A DNA stretch of 28,201 bases from Thermoanaerobaculia bacterium (GTDB lineage: Bacteria; Acidobacteriota; Thermoanaerobaculia; Multivoradales; UBA5704): NCBI GenBank assembly GCA_044226625.1, contig JBGAGQ010000077.1:1-28201 (forward strand), in the 5' to 3' direction. A model generated the notes under the pieces. It searched no databases and was not told where the DNA came from. It saw only the letters and a program-made list of their open reading frames with translations. Below are positions 8,670 through 17,373 of the stretch, piece after piece; the first letter of the stretch is position 1; every line of letters starts with the position of its first letter. Position numbers and translations under genes: made by a program.

Positions 8670-10388
8670 TTGATCGCCGACCCCACGCCCAAGACCCCAC
8701 CCGCCGCGAGCCGCGATCCGCGGCGTTACCGGAAGCTCCGCCGGTTCGTCCTGCGCACGTTTCTCCACGCGGTCTGGTGGGACGTGATCCTCGCCTTGCC
8801 TCCCCTTGCGCCGCTGCGGCGCCCGCCCGCCGAGCGGTGGCTGGTCGTCGCCCGCCGGTATCGCGCGCTCGCCGCCGAGATGGGGGGCGTGCTGATCAAG
8901 ATCGGCCAGTTCCTGAGCACCCGGGTCGACATCCTGCCGGCGGCGATCGCCCGCGAGCTGGCCGGCCTTCAAGACGAGGTGCCGCCCGCACCGTTCGCCG
9001 CGATCGAGCGCCGGATCGCCGAGGAGTTTCCCGCCGGCTCGCCGTTCGCCGAGGTCGACTCGGCCGTGCTCGGAGCCGCGTCGCTCGCCCAGGTCCACCC
9101 GGCCCGGCTGCTCGACGGCCGCGAGGCGGTGGTCAAGGTGCTCCGCCCGGGAATCGAAGTCCTGGTCGAGACGGACCTCGCGGCCCTCGAGCTCGCGGTC
9201 CGCCTGCTCCACGTGTCGCGGAAGATCCGCCGCCGGGTCGACCTCGAGCGGCTCGCCGAGGAGATCACCTCGACCACCCGGGCGGAGCTCGATCTAGGCG
9301 CCGAGGCGGACAACGCCGAGCGCTTCGCCGAGCTGTTCGCCGACGACCCGGGAATCGCCGCGCCGAAGGTCTACCGGGAGGCCTCCTCCCGCCGGGTGCT
9401 CGCGGCGGAGAACGTCACCGCGATCAAGGTGAACGACCTCGCCGCGTTGGCCGCCGCTGGGATCGATCCGGCCGCCGTGGCGCGGCGGCTGTTCCGCGCG
9501 ACGATGCGGCAGATCTTCGAGCTGTCGTTCGTCCACGCCGATCCCCACCCCGGCAACCTGTTCGTTCGGCCCCTGGCCCCGGGAGAGGATGGCGACAGCG
9601 AGGACGGGGCGCCCTCCGAGACCGGCACGGGCGCGCCGTTCGCGATCGTCTACGTCGATTTCGGCATGATGGCGACCGTGCCGCCCCACTTGCGCGGCGC
9701 GCTCCGGGAGTATGCGATCGCCCTCGGCACGCGGGACGCGGCGCGCCTCGTCCAGGCCTACTCGGCCGCCGGGGTGCTGCTGCCCGGGGCCGACCTCGAG
9801 CGGTTGGAAGAGGTCCACGCCGAGCTGTTCGCCCGGTTCTGGGGGGTGAGCGTCGGCAAGATCCGGGACGTCGCGATGTCCGAAGCCCGGTATTTTCTGC
9901 GGAAGTATCGCGACCTCCTGTATGAAATGCCGTTTCAGGTGCAGGTCGAGCTGCTGTTCGTCTCGCGCGCCGTCGGGTTGCTGGCCGGGCTTGCGACCGG
10001 GCTCGACCCGGAGTTCGATCCCTGGGCCGAGGCGATGCCGTTCGCCGATCGGATCGCCCGGGAGGAGGTCTCGCGCGGCCTTTCGGCCCGGCTCGCCGAT
10101 CTGGCGGGCGACGCCCGGGCACTGCTCGGCCTCCCCCGCCGCCTGGACACGGTCCTCGCGCGCGCCGAGAGGGGCGCCCTCCAGGTCCGCCTGGAGCCGG
10201 GCCGCGAGGCGCGGCGGATCGCGATCCGGATGGAAAAGTCGCTGCAGCGCCTCTCCTGGGCCGTGCTCGCCGGCAGCCTGGCGGTCGCGGCGGCGCTGCT
10301 CCGAGCCGAAGGGGTCCTCTGGGCGGCGATCCCAGGAACGCTGTCGGCCGCCTTCCTGGTCCGATTCCTGCTCGCGCGGAAGGGATGA
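8670..10388 (+). CDS. UbiB/AarF/ABC1 atypical kinase family protein
   Basis: GGVLIKIGQFLSTRVDILP, LQDEVP, AASLAQVH, VVKVLRPG, HADPHPGN, DFGM, C-terminal TM helices. Start uncertain: TTG 8670 chosen because 8532 would overlap the divergent GNAT. Confidence 0.92.
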   Translation: MIADPTPKTPPAASRDPRRYRKLRRFVLRTFLHAVWWDVILALPPLAPLRRPPAERWLVVARRYRALAAEMGGVLIKIGQFLSTRVDILPAAIARELAGLQDEVPPAPFAAIERRIAEEFPAGSPFAEVDSAVLGAASLAQVHPARLLDGREAVVKVLRPGIEVLVETDLAALELAVRLLHVSRKIRRRVDLERLAEEITSTTRAELDLGAEADNAERFAELFADDPGIAAPKVYREASSRRVLAAENVTAIKVNDLAALAAAGIDPAAVARRLFRATMRQIFELSFVHADPHPGNLFVRPLAPGEDGDSEDGAPSETGTGAPFAIVYVDFGMMATVPPHLRGALREYAIALGTRDAARLVQAYSAAGVLLPGADLERLEEVHAELFARFWGVSVGKIRDVAMSEARYFLRKYRDLLYEMPFQVQVELLFVSRAVGLLAGLATGLDPEFDPWAEAMPFADRIAREEVSRGLSARLADLAGDARALLGLPRRLDTVLARAERGALQVRLEPGREARRIAIRMEKSLQRLSWAVLAGSLAVAAALLRAEGVLWAAIPGTLSAAFLVRFLLARKG

Positions 10389-10417
10389 CCACCTTCTCGA
10401 GAGCCGCGGAAAGCACC

Positions 10418-10433
10418 TGGCACACCGCTTGCT
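10418..10433 (+). promoter_or_regulatory. sigma54 (RpoN) -24/-12 promoter
   Basis: TGGCAC-ACCGC-TTGCT is an exact match to TGGCAC-N5-TTGCW, located in intergenic DNA. Confidence 0.8.
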
Positions 10434-10443
10434 ACTCTAGGAG

Positions 10444-10640
10444 GGCAGTCAACGAGATATCCCACGGGGAAGGAACCGACCTACCAACAAAATCCCACCT
10501 CACATCGAGATCTTCCGATCTCACCCCGTCACCAAATCCTCCGAATTCCCCTTGTCTACAGGGGTGAAGCCAAAAATCCCACCGGAGAGACGGAACCAAC
10601 CCCGTATCGACCCCCCTCTCGAGGGGGGTCTTCTCGTTTC
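10444..10640 (+). ncRNA. candidate sigma54-dependent small RNA (~195 nt)
   Basis: Lies between the sigma54 promoter and an intrinsic terminator, between two convergent genes, with no credible ORF. Has internal hairpins and repeated CCAA..AAUCC(C/U)(A)CC motifs. Confidence 0.6.
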
Positions 10641-10641
10641 T
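10609..10641 (+). terminator. intrinsic terminator
   Basis: GACCCCCCTC-TC-GAGGGGGGTC perfect inverted repeat followed by TTCTCGTTTCT. Confidence 0.8.
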
Positions 10642-10877
10642 GGGCTCCTCGCTTCCGACCCGCCTCTCGAACCTTCCGATCCGATTGAATCCAAACGGCA
10701 TCTCGGCGCACTTCGAAGGTCGTCCCAGCCCTCCCAGCCCCAAATCCTTCCGCCGCCGCCCTCGTGTGACAGCCGTGTGACGGACCTGACACCGCCTCGC
10801 GCGGGGCGATTCGGGTGTCTTTCTGGCGCGCCGATACGACCTGCCGGTTTGGCCGGCCGCCATTTTGTGGCACCTGC

Positions 10878-13463
10878 TCAACGACGAATGGACAATCGCT
10901 CCGCCAGCCGGACGATTCGGGCGACCGCATCCGCCCCGGCACGATCTTCCGACCCGAGCTCGGCAACCAGCTCGGCGCGCTCCTCGAGCAGGCGATAGAG
11001 GGCGACCTGGGGCGGCAGGTGATCGAGCGAAAACGGCAGCGCCCCCGCCAGATCGAGCAGCGCGTCCAGCCGAACCCCCGCGGCGGCGTCGAGCGGATCG
11101 CGGCGGAGCCGTTCGGCGAGGCCCGTCATCGCCGGCTCGAGCAGATAGCGCACCCCTTCGCGGTCGAGGGACAACCCCCAGTCGCGCACTTCGACCAGGC
11201 GACGGCGTATTTCGGCAAGATCGCTCATGGGATCGCGCAGCGCGTGCTTCAAGTCGGCATGAATTGCCATCTCGGCCGCGCTGCGCAACGGGCCCGGCAA
11301 GGCGAGCCCGACGGCGCCCAGCCGGCGCATCAACGGCGCGTGGCGCTCGAACAGCTCCCGCCCGCGCGCCTCGACCTCCTCGATCGTTCCGCGGAGGATC
11401 CGTTCGAGCAGGCGCTCCCGGTCGTCGCCGAACAAGGCGTCGAGGGCGTGTTGGACCGGAAAATGGCGGTCGAGCCAACGGACCACCCGCGCCGGATCGG
11501 CCAGGCGGAGCGCCTCTTCGACCTCCTCGATCTCGCCAGGGGTCGGATCGAGCCCGAGCGCCGGACCGGAGCGGGCCCGCACCCCCACCTGGACGTTCGG
11601 GTCGCCCCAAGCGAACGCGGCGTAGGTGAAACCGCCTTGCTCGCCCGTGATCTCCGAGGTGACGTCGACCTCCGCGAGCAGGAGCTTCAGGGGGCCGCCG
11701 GTCGCCCGCCGAAGCGTGCGCCGCGCCACGGCGAACGAGTAGATCCGTCCCGCCTCGATCCCCTCCTCGGGCTCCCGGTCGGTTCGGTCCGTGCGGTCGG
11801 ACGGGCCGGCGAAGAGGGCGGCGATCGCGTCGTGGGCGGCCACCGCCGAGAGCGCCACGCGCGCCGGCTTGACCGAGGCGAAGTAGATCGCCCGGCCGTC
11901 GCCGAACTGCGGCTCGTTGCTCCGCGCCGCGGCCAGGGTCTCCAGGAACGGGGACTCGAGCGACTCGCCGAACAGCTCCTCGGCGAGCTCGATCGCCCGC
12001 GCCGCATGGAGCAGCACCTGCCGCGTCTCGATCCCCGCGAGGTCGCTGAAGAACCAGCCGCAGCTGGTGAACATTGCCATCGCCTGCCGCGACAGCTCGA
12101 GGAGCTTCCGCGCCCCGATCCGCTCGGCCGGGCCGAGCGGCCGGCGCGCCTCGCGGGCGAGGAACCGTTCGAGCGTCGCCTCCGACCGGTCGAGCACGAC
12201 CTCGACATAGCGGTCGCGCGCCCCCCAGGGATCGTGGAAAATCTCGGCGCCCGCGCGCTCGAAACGCGAGGCGAGCCGGGCGGCCAGCTCGTCGAGCGCC
12301 CGCCGGAGCGGCGCGCGCCACGCCTGGCTCCACCCCGGGCCGCCGCCCGCATTGCAGCCGCAGTCCGAGCGCCAGCGCTCGATGCCGTGCGCGCAGCTCC
12401 AAGAGGTGCCCGGCGCGATCTCGACCTGCCATTCCGGCGGGTGGCGCGCCAGAAACTCTCCGTACGAGACGACTCGAGCGAGCCCGTGCTCCTCCAGCCG
12501 GAGGAGCGCGGCGGCGAGCGCCATCTCGCCGTGCCGGTGATGGTGGCCGTAGCTCTCGCCGTCCGTCGCGACGTGGACCAGCCGAGCCCCCTCGCGCGCG
12601 GGAAACGCCCCGGCGAGCCGCGCCGCGAAGCGGTCGCCGCTATGAAGCAGCCCCTCGAACGCGATCGAGCGGGAGAGCGGGCCGTCATAGAAGAAGATCG
12701 CGATCTCGCGGCCGGACTGCAGTCGCGCCAGGTAGGCGCGGGAGGGATCGATCGAGCCCCCCGGCACCTCGCGCCAGGGCGTTTCCTCCCGCATACCCGA
12801 CGCGACGAGCGGCCTCACCCGCGCGGCTTGATGGGGCGCGAGGATCGTGAACCGGATCCCCTGCTCGGCGAGCGCCTCCAGCGTCGGGACGTCGACCGCC
12901 GTCTCCGGCAGCCACATCCCCTCGGGGGCGCGGCCGAAGCGGTGGCGGAAGTCGGCGATCCCCCAGAGCACCTGGGTCCGCCGATCGCGGTCGTTCGCGA
13001 GCGGCAGGATCAGGTGCCCGTAGGCTTGGGCGATCGCCGAGCCGTGCCCGCAACGCTCCAGGCTCTTGCGGTCGGCGGCGAGGAGCGCGGCATAGGTCTC
13101 CGGATCGGCGCGCTCCATCCAGGAGAGGAGCGTCGGACCGAAGTTGAACGAGATCCGCGCGTAGTTGTCGACCAGCCGCACGAGCCGGCCGCGGTCGTCG
13201 AGCACCCGCGCCCGCGCGTTCGTCGCGTAACATTCGGCGCCGATCCGCTCGTTCCAGTCGTGATACGGCCGCGCCGAGGGTTGCCGCTCGATCGCCTCCA
13301 GCCAGGGGTTCTCCCGCGGCGGTTGGTAGAAGTGCCCGTGGATGCAGACGAACCGCTCCCCGGCGGGCGCCGTCGCGCGCGCTTCTCCCGGTCCCGGTCG
13401 TTCCGCCCCCCTCGGGGCCGTATCGAGGGTCTCCGTCCCACCGCTCGCAGCTCGGTTCCGCAC
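10878..13463 (-). CDS. glycoside hydrolase family 57 protein with DUF3536 C-terminal domain
   Basis: CIHGHFYQPPRENPW, GMWLPETAVD (nucleophile Glu), ATDGESYGHH (acid/base Asp), SWSCAHGIERW, MFTSCGWFF. Start uncertain (GTG 13463 used; ORF is open to 13619). Confidence 0.92.
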   Translation of the reverse strand: MRNRAASGGTETLDTAPRGAERPGPGEARATAPAGERFVCIHGHFYQPPRENPWLEAIERQPSARPYHDWNERIGAECYATNARARVLDDRGRLVRLVDNYARISFNFGPTLLSWMERADPETYAALLAADRKSLERCGHGSAIAQAYGHLILPLANDRDRRTQVLWGIADFRHRFGRAPEGMWLPETAVDVPTLEALAEQGIRFTILAPHQAARVRPLVASGMREETPWREVPGGSIDPSRAYLARLQSGREIAIFFYDGPLSRSIAFEGLLHSGDRFAARLAGAFPAREGARLVHVATDGESYGHHHRHGEMALAAALLRLEEHGLARVVSYGEFLARHPPEWQVEIAPGTSWSCAHGIERWRSDCGCNAGGGPGWSQAWRAPLRRALDELAARLASRFERAGAEIFHDPWGARDRYVEVVLDRSEATLERFLAREARRPLGPAERIGARKLLELSRQAMAMFTSCGWFFSDLAGIETRQVLLHAARAIELAEELFGESLESPFLETLAAARSNEPQFGDGRAIYFASVKPARVALSAVAAHDAIAALFAGPSDRTDRTDREPEEGIEAGRIYSFAVARRTLRRATGGPLKLLLAEVDVTSEITGEQGGFTYAAFAWGDPNVQVGVRARSGPALGLDPTPGEIEEVEEALRLADPARVVRWLDRHFPVQHALDALFGDDRERLLERILRGTIEEVEARGRELFERHAPLMRRLGAVGLALPGPLRSAAEMAIHADLKHALRDPMSDLAEIRRRLVEVRDWGLSLDREGVRYLLEPAMTGLAERLRRDPLDAAAGVRLDALLDLAGALPFSLDHLPPQVALYRLLEERAELVAELGSEDRAGADAVARIVRLAERLSIRR

Positions 13464-13697
13464 CCGTCGCGTCTCTCCCGGCCGGATCCTCCCGATCGGA
13501 GGGTCCGATCGGCGCCCGGCGCGGCGAGACGATAGCGCAGACCGGCCTGGCGACCGGACGACGCGATCGCCGAATCTGACGCGACTCCGAGGCGAATTCG
13601 ATCCCTGCGGGCGTCTCACCCCTCACGGGTGCTTTTCTCGGCCGTGCTAGCCTGCCGCCTCCCCTGACGAAACCGACGACCACTGGATGGAGACGGG

Positions 13698-16600
13698 ATG
13701 ACACCGAGGGATCGGGCCAGGATTCGTAAGGCCAGACTTCGTCGAGCTCTCCTCTCCGCCTGCGCCGTGATCTCCGGTGCGGCGCTCGCCTTGCTGTCGC
13801 TGCCCTCCCCCGATCCCGATCCGAGCGCGCGGCGGCGCGAGCTGCTCCAGGCGTTCGCCGAGGCGCGGTTCTTCGCGGGGCGCCTCGCCGGAACGCCGTT
13901 CGGCCCGGCCCGTTCGCGACCGAGCCGCGACCTGATCCTCCGCCTCCGCTCCGGGCCGCGGAGCGCCGCGGCTACCCGCGGCGCTGACGGCCCACCCTCC
14001 CCGGCCAACGAAAGCGATCCGGCGGCCGAGGCGTTGCTGAGCGGCTGCCCGCGCGAGGCGGTCCGCCGCTGGACGCGGGCGGTGGCCGCCGCGCCGAACG
14101 ACCCGCGGCTGTGGAACGACCTCGCCGTGGCGCATTCGGTCGCCGCCCAGGCGGAGCGGAATCCCCGCTCCCCCCTCTTCGCCCGTTGTCCGGGGGGCTC
14201 CGCGGGGGGTCTGGACGAGCTCGACGCGCTGGAGGCGGCCTCGCGCTCGCTCGCCCTCCTCCCCTCGCCCGAGGCGCGCTACAACCGCGCGCTCGCGCTC
14301 GAAGCGCTCCATCTCGCCCGCCAGGCCGGCCTCGCCTGGAAAGAGGTGGCGGCCACCGACCCCGACGCACGTTGGGCCGCCGAGGCGTCCGAGCGGAGGC
14401 GCGCGCTCGTCGCGGGGGTTCCAGGCGCCCGCGGGTCCTCCGCGCTGGACGAGGCGACGCTCGTAGGTGCCATCCGCCGGGGCGACCTCGCCGCGGCCGC
14501 GCGGCTCGCGACCTCCTCGCCGCAACGCGCCCGCGCGCTCGCCGGGAAGGAGCTGCTCCAGGACTGGAGCCGGGCGATCCTGGCCGGACAGTCGGCCGCA
14601 GCCGGGGCCCTGCTCCGCGCCGCCGAGGCGCTCGCCCGGCCGCTCGCCGAGCGGGGCGATCCGTACGCCGCCGAAGCGGCGGCGGCCCTTCGCCGCGCCG
14701 GGTCCGCGGGAGCCCTCCTGGCCGCCCGTGCCCTGGTCGAGTACGACGAGGCGTTCGCGCTCTACCGGGGATTCGACGACGAACGGGCGATCGTGGCGCT
14801 CGACTCCGCGCGCCGCGCCCTCGGCGCGGCCGGGCTCCCCCAGGCGCTCGAAGCCGAGATCTACGCGGCCTCGGCCGAAAACAACGCCGGCCGCCGGGAC
14901 CGCGCGCTCGCGCGGCTCGCCGCGGCCGAGCCGAGGATCGAAACGCGCGGATTCCCCGCGCTCCGCGCGCTTTCGAGTTGGATCCGCGCCGTGATCGTCG
15001 GGCGCGACGGCCGCCCCTACGATCAGTTGGAGGAGTACCGCCGATGCCGGGCCCTCTACGAGCGGCTCGGCGAGGTCGACCGGATGGCCACCGCCGACAG
15101 CCTGCTCGCCCAAGCGCTCTGGAAGCTCGGGCGACGCCGCGAGAGCTGGAGCACCTACCTGAGCGCGACGGCGGTTGCCCCGCGGGTGCGCGACCCCTAC
15201 CAACGCCGGACGATCTGGGGGCAGCTCGCGTTTCTGTCGCACGCGAACGGCCGCCTCGCGAGCGGGCTCGCCTTCGAAGAGGAGATGCAGCGTGCCGCCG
15301 CCGCGCAGGCCGATCCGGACGCGGTCCACGAAGCGCTCCTCCTGCGCGCGCAACTGCTCGCCGGGTCGGGCAGGTTGGACGAGGCACGCGGCGATCTCGA
15401 GCGGGTGCGCCGGGAGGCTCTTTCGATCGCCGACGCCGACGACCGGGCGCGCACGGAGGCCGACTTGGATCGGATCGCGGGGATGTTGGCGGTTGAGGGA
15501 GAGGGCGTGCAGGCCCCCCACCTAGCCTCCCCCCGCAAGCGGGGGGAGGGACTCGAGGCGCTGGGGGCTGGACGGGCGAGCGCGCGGGCCCCCGTCCTGT
15601 TCTCGCAGCGGAGGGAGAGTCTCGAGGCGACGGGGGCTGAACGGGTGGGCGCGCAGGCCCCCCTCCTAATCTCGCAGCGGGGGGAGGGACTTGAGGCGCC
15701 GGGGGCTGGACGGGCGAGCGCGCGGGCCCCCGTCCTGTTCTCGCAACGTGGGGAGGGGCTCGAGACGCTGGGGGCTGGACGGGCGAGCGCGCAGGCCCCC
15801 CTCCTGATCTCGCAGCGGGACCTGCCCCCCGCAAGTCCCTCCCCCCGCTCGCGGGGGGAGGCTAGGAGGGGGGCTTCCCCGCCCGCGACCGATGCGCTCG
15901 CGGCGCTCGACCGGGCGGTGGCGTTTTACGGCGCGAACGGCCAAGGGGTGCTCGAGGGGACGACGCGCGCGGTCCGGGCGCGGGCGCGCGCCGCCGCGGG
16001 CGACCTCGCGGGGGCCGAGGCGGATCTCGCGGCGCTCGTCACTCGAGGAACACGGGGCGGCGCGGGTTGGCTCGACCGGGCGAGCGACGAGGATCGCTAC
16101 ACGTTCGGCCGCGAGGCCCGACGGGCGTTCTCGGAAATGGTCCGATTCCTCGCGGAGGTTGCCCATCGCCCCGCGAGCGCGTTCGCCTACGCGGAAGCCG
16201 CGCGCGAGCTGCTGGCGCCTCGCGCCTCCCCCGCCGCAAAGGCATCCAGCTCATTCAGCTCATCGAGCCCGTCGGGGAACAACTCGGCGGCGGCCCCCGC
16301 CCGGCTCGCGGCCCTGCGCGCGGCGCTTCCGGCGGATACGGTTCTCGTCGAATTCGCGGTCTTCGACGATCGGACATTCGCCTGGTGGATCGCCCCCGAG
16401 GGCGCCGCGTTCTTTTCGACGCGCGTCTCCCGCGAGGAGCTTTCGCGTCTCGCCGAGCGCCTCGATCCCGCCCGCGGGCTGCGCGAGGACGCCTGGAACG
16501 AAACGGCCGCCCGCCTGTTCGATCTCCTGCTGCGACCCTTCTACGGGCGGGTCGGCGCGGAGAGAACGCTCGTCGTGGTGCCGGACGGACCGCTCGCCCA

Positions 16601-17363
16601 GGTTCCGTGGGCGGGGCTTCGCGACCGGCGACGGGCGCGCTACGTGATCGAGGATCGGCCGGTCCTGATCGATCCCAGCGCGAGCTTCTTCCTCCGCGCT
16701 CTCGCTCGTTCGCGAGAGCTTTCCGCGCGGTCGGGCAACGAGGTCGATGCGGAAGGCGGCCTAAAAGCGCCGAGAGCGGTCCTCGTCGGCGACCCCGCCT
16801 TCGACTCGCGCGAGTGGCCGCGGATGAAGCGCCTCGAAGACGCGGCACGCGAAGCCCGGGAGATCGCGGCGCTCTACGGAACGAACGCCGTCGCGCTCAC
16901 CGAGCGCGCCGCGACCTGGGACGCCTTTCGCGCGGCGGCACGTGGGGCCGACGTGATCCAACTCGGAATGCACGCGTCGCTCGATCCGGTAGATCCGTTC
17001 CGCTCGTTCCTGCTGTTCGCCGATCGCGGACCGCGCGGCGCGCGGACGCTGCGCGATCTCGCGACCCTCGATCTGCCACGCACGCGCGTCGCCATCCTCG
17101 CCGCCTGCGAAAGCGCCGGAGAGGTCGAGCCAGGCGAAGGAGTGGTAGGTTTGGCGCGACCCTTTCTAGCAGCGGGAGTACCGACCGTGGTGGGAAGCTT
17201 GTGGGAAGTGGACGACCGGCTGGCCCACGATTTCACGCTCGGGCTCCATCGCGCCCCGAGCGGAACCCCGGTGGCGGAAGCGGTGCGAAGGGGGATCCTC
17301 GAAACCCTGTCCGCTCGGCCGTTTTCGTCGCAACCGTTCTCGTTCGTCGTGCTCGGTTTCTGA
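13698..17363 (+). CDS. membrane-anchored TPR + CHAT (caspase HetF-associated, clan CD) protease
   Basis: Basic N-terminus plus hydrophobic helix; TPR-like segments (WNDLAVA, EARYNRALALE); CHAT motifs LVVVPDGPLAQVPW, VGDPAF, AREA..IA, IQLGMH (His1092), LAACES (Cys1137), GLARPFLAAGVPTVVGSLWEVDD. Confidence 0.92.
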   Translation: MTPRDRARIRKARLRRALLSACAVISGAALALLSLPSPDPDPSARRRELLQAFAEARFFAGRLAGTPFGPARSRPSRDLILRLRSGPRSAAATRGADGPPSPANESDPAAEALLSGCPREAVRRWTRAVAAAPNDPRLWNDLAVAHSVAAQAERNPRSPLFARCPGGSAGGLDELDALEAASRSLALLPSPEARYNRALALEALHLARQAGLAWKEVAATDPDARWAAEASERRRALVAGVPGARGSSALDEATLVGAIRRGDLAAAARLATSSPQRARALAGKELLQDWSRAILAGQSAAAGALLRAAEALARPLAERGDPYAAEAAAALRRAGSAGALLAARALVEYDEAFALYRGFDDERAIVALDSARRALGAAGLPQALEAEIYAASAENNAGRRDRALARLAAAEPRIETRGFPALRALSSWIRAVIVGRDGRPYDQLEEYRRCRALYERLGEVDRMATADSLLAQALWKLGRRRESWSTYLSATAVAPRVRDPYQRRTIWGQLAFLSHANGRLASGLAFEEEMQRAAAAQADPDAVHEALLLRAQLLAGSGRLDEARGDLERVRREALSIADADDRARTEADLDRIAGMLAVEGEGVQAPHLASPRKRGEGLEALGAGRASARAPVLFSQRRESLEATGAERVGAQAPLLISQRGEGLEAPGAGRASARAPVLFSQRGEGLETLGAGRASAQAPLLISQRDLPPASPSPRSRGEARRGASPPATDALAALDRAVAFYGANGQGVLEGTTRAVRARARAAAGDLAGAEADLAALVTRGTRGGAGWLDRASDEDRYTFGREARRAFSEMVRFLAEVAHRPASAFAYAEAARELLAPRASPAAKASSSFSSSSPSGNNSAAAPARLAALRAALPADTVLVEFAVFDDRTFAWWIAPEGAAFFSTRVSREELSRLAERLDPARGLREDAWNETAARLFDLLLRPFYGRVGAERTLVVVPDGPLAQVPWAGLRDRRRARYVIEDRPVLIDPSASFFLRALARSRELSARSGNEVDAEGGLKAPRAVLVGDPAFDSREWPRMKRLEDAAREAREIAALYGTNAVALTERAATWDAFRAAARGADVIQLGMHASLDPVDPFRSFLLFADRGPRGARTLRDLATLDLPRTRVAILAACESAGEVEPGEGVVGLARPFLAAGVPTVVGSLWEVDDRLAHDFTLGLHRAPSGTPVAEAVRRGILETLSARPFSSQPFSFVVLGF
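15513..15874. repeat. in-frame REP-bounded insertion: 40-bp inverted repeats enclosing four 69-bp tandem units
   Basis: 15513-15552 and 15835-15874 are reverse complements (2 mismatches in 40) and match the L element of the DUF559 array. TCTCGCA recurs at 15601, 15670, 15739 and 15808 (period 69 bp = 23 aa, RGEGLEALGAGRASARAPVLFSQ). Confidence 0.9.
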
Positions 17364-17373
17364 GGAGGACGGT

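Noticed and set aside
10552-10998. 148-aa ORF as the target of the sigma54 promoter
   Set aside because: TTG start without RBS, Pro/Ser-rich low complexity, runs through the terminator and overlaps the GH57 3' end.
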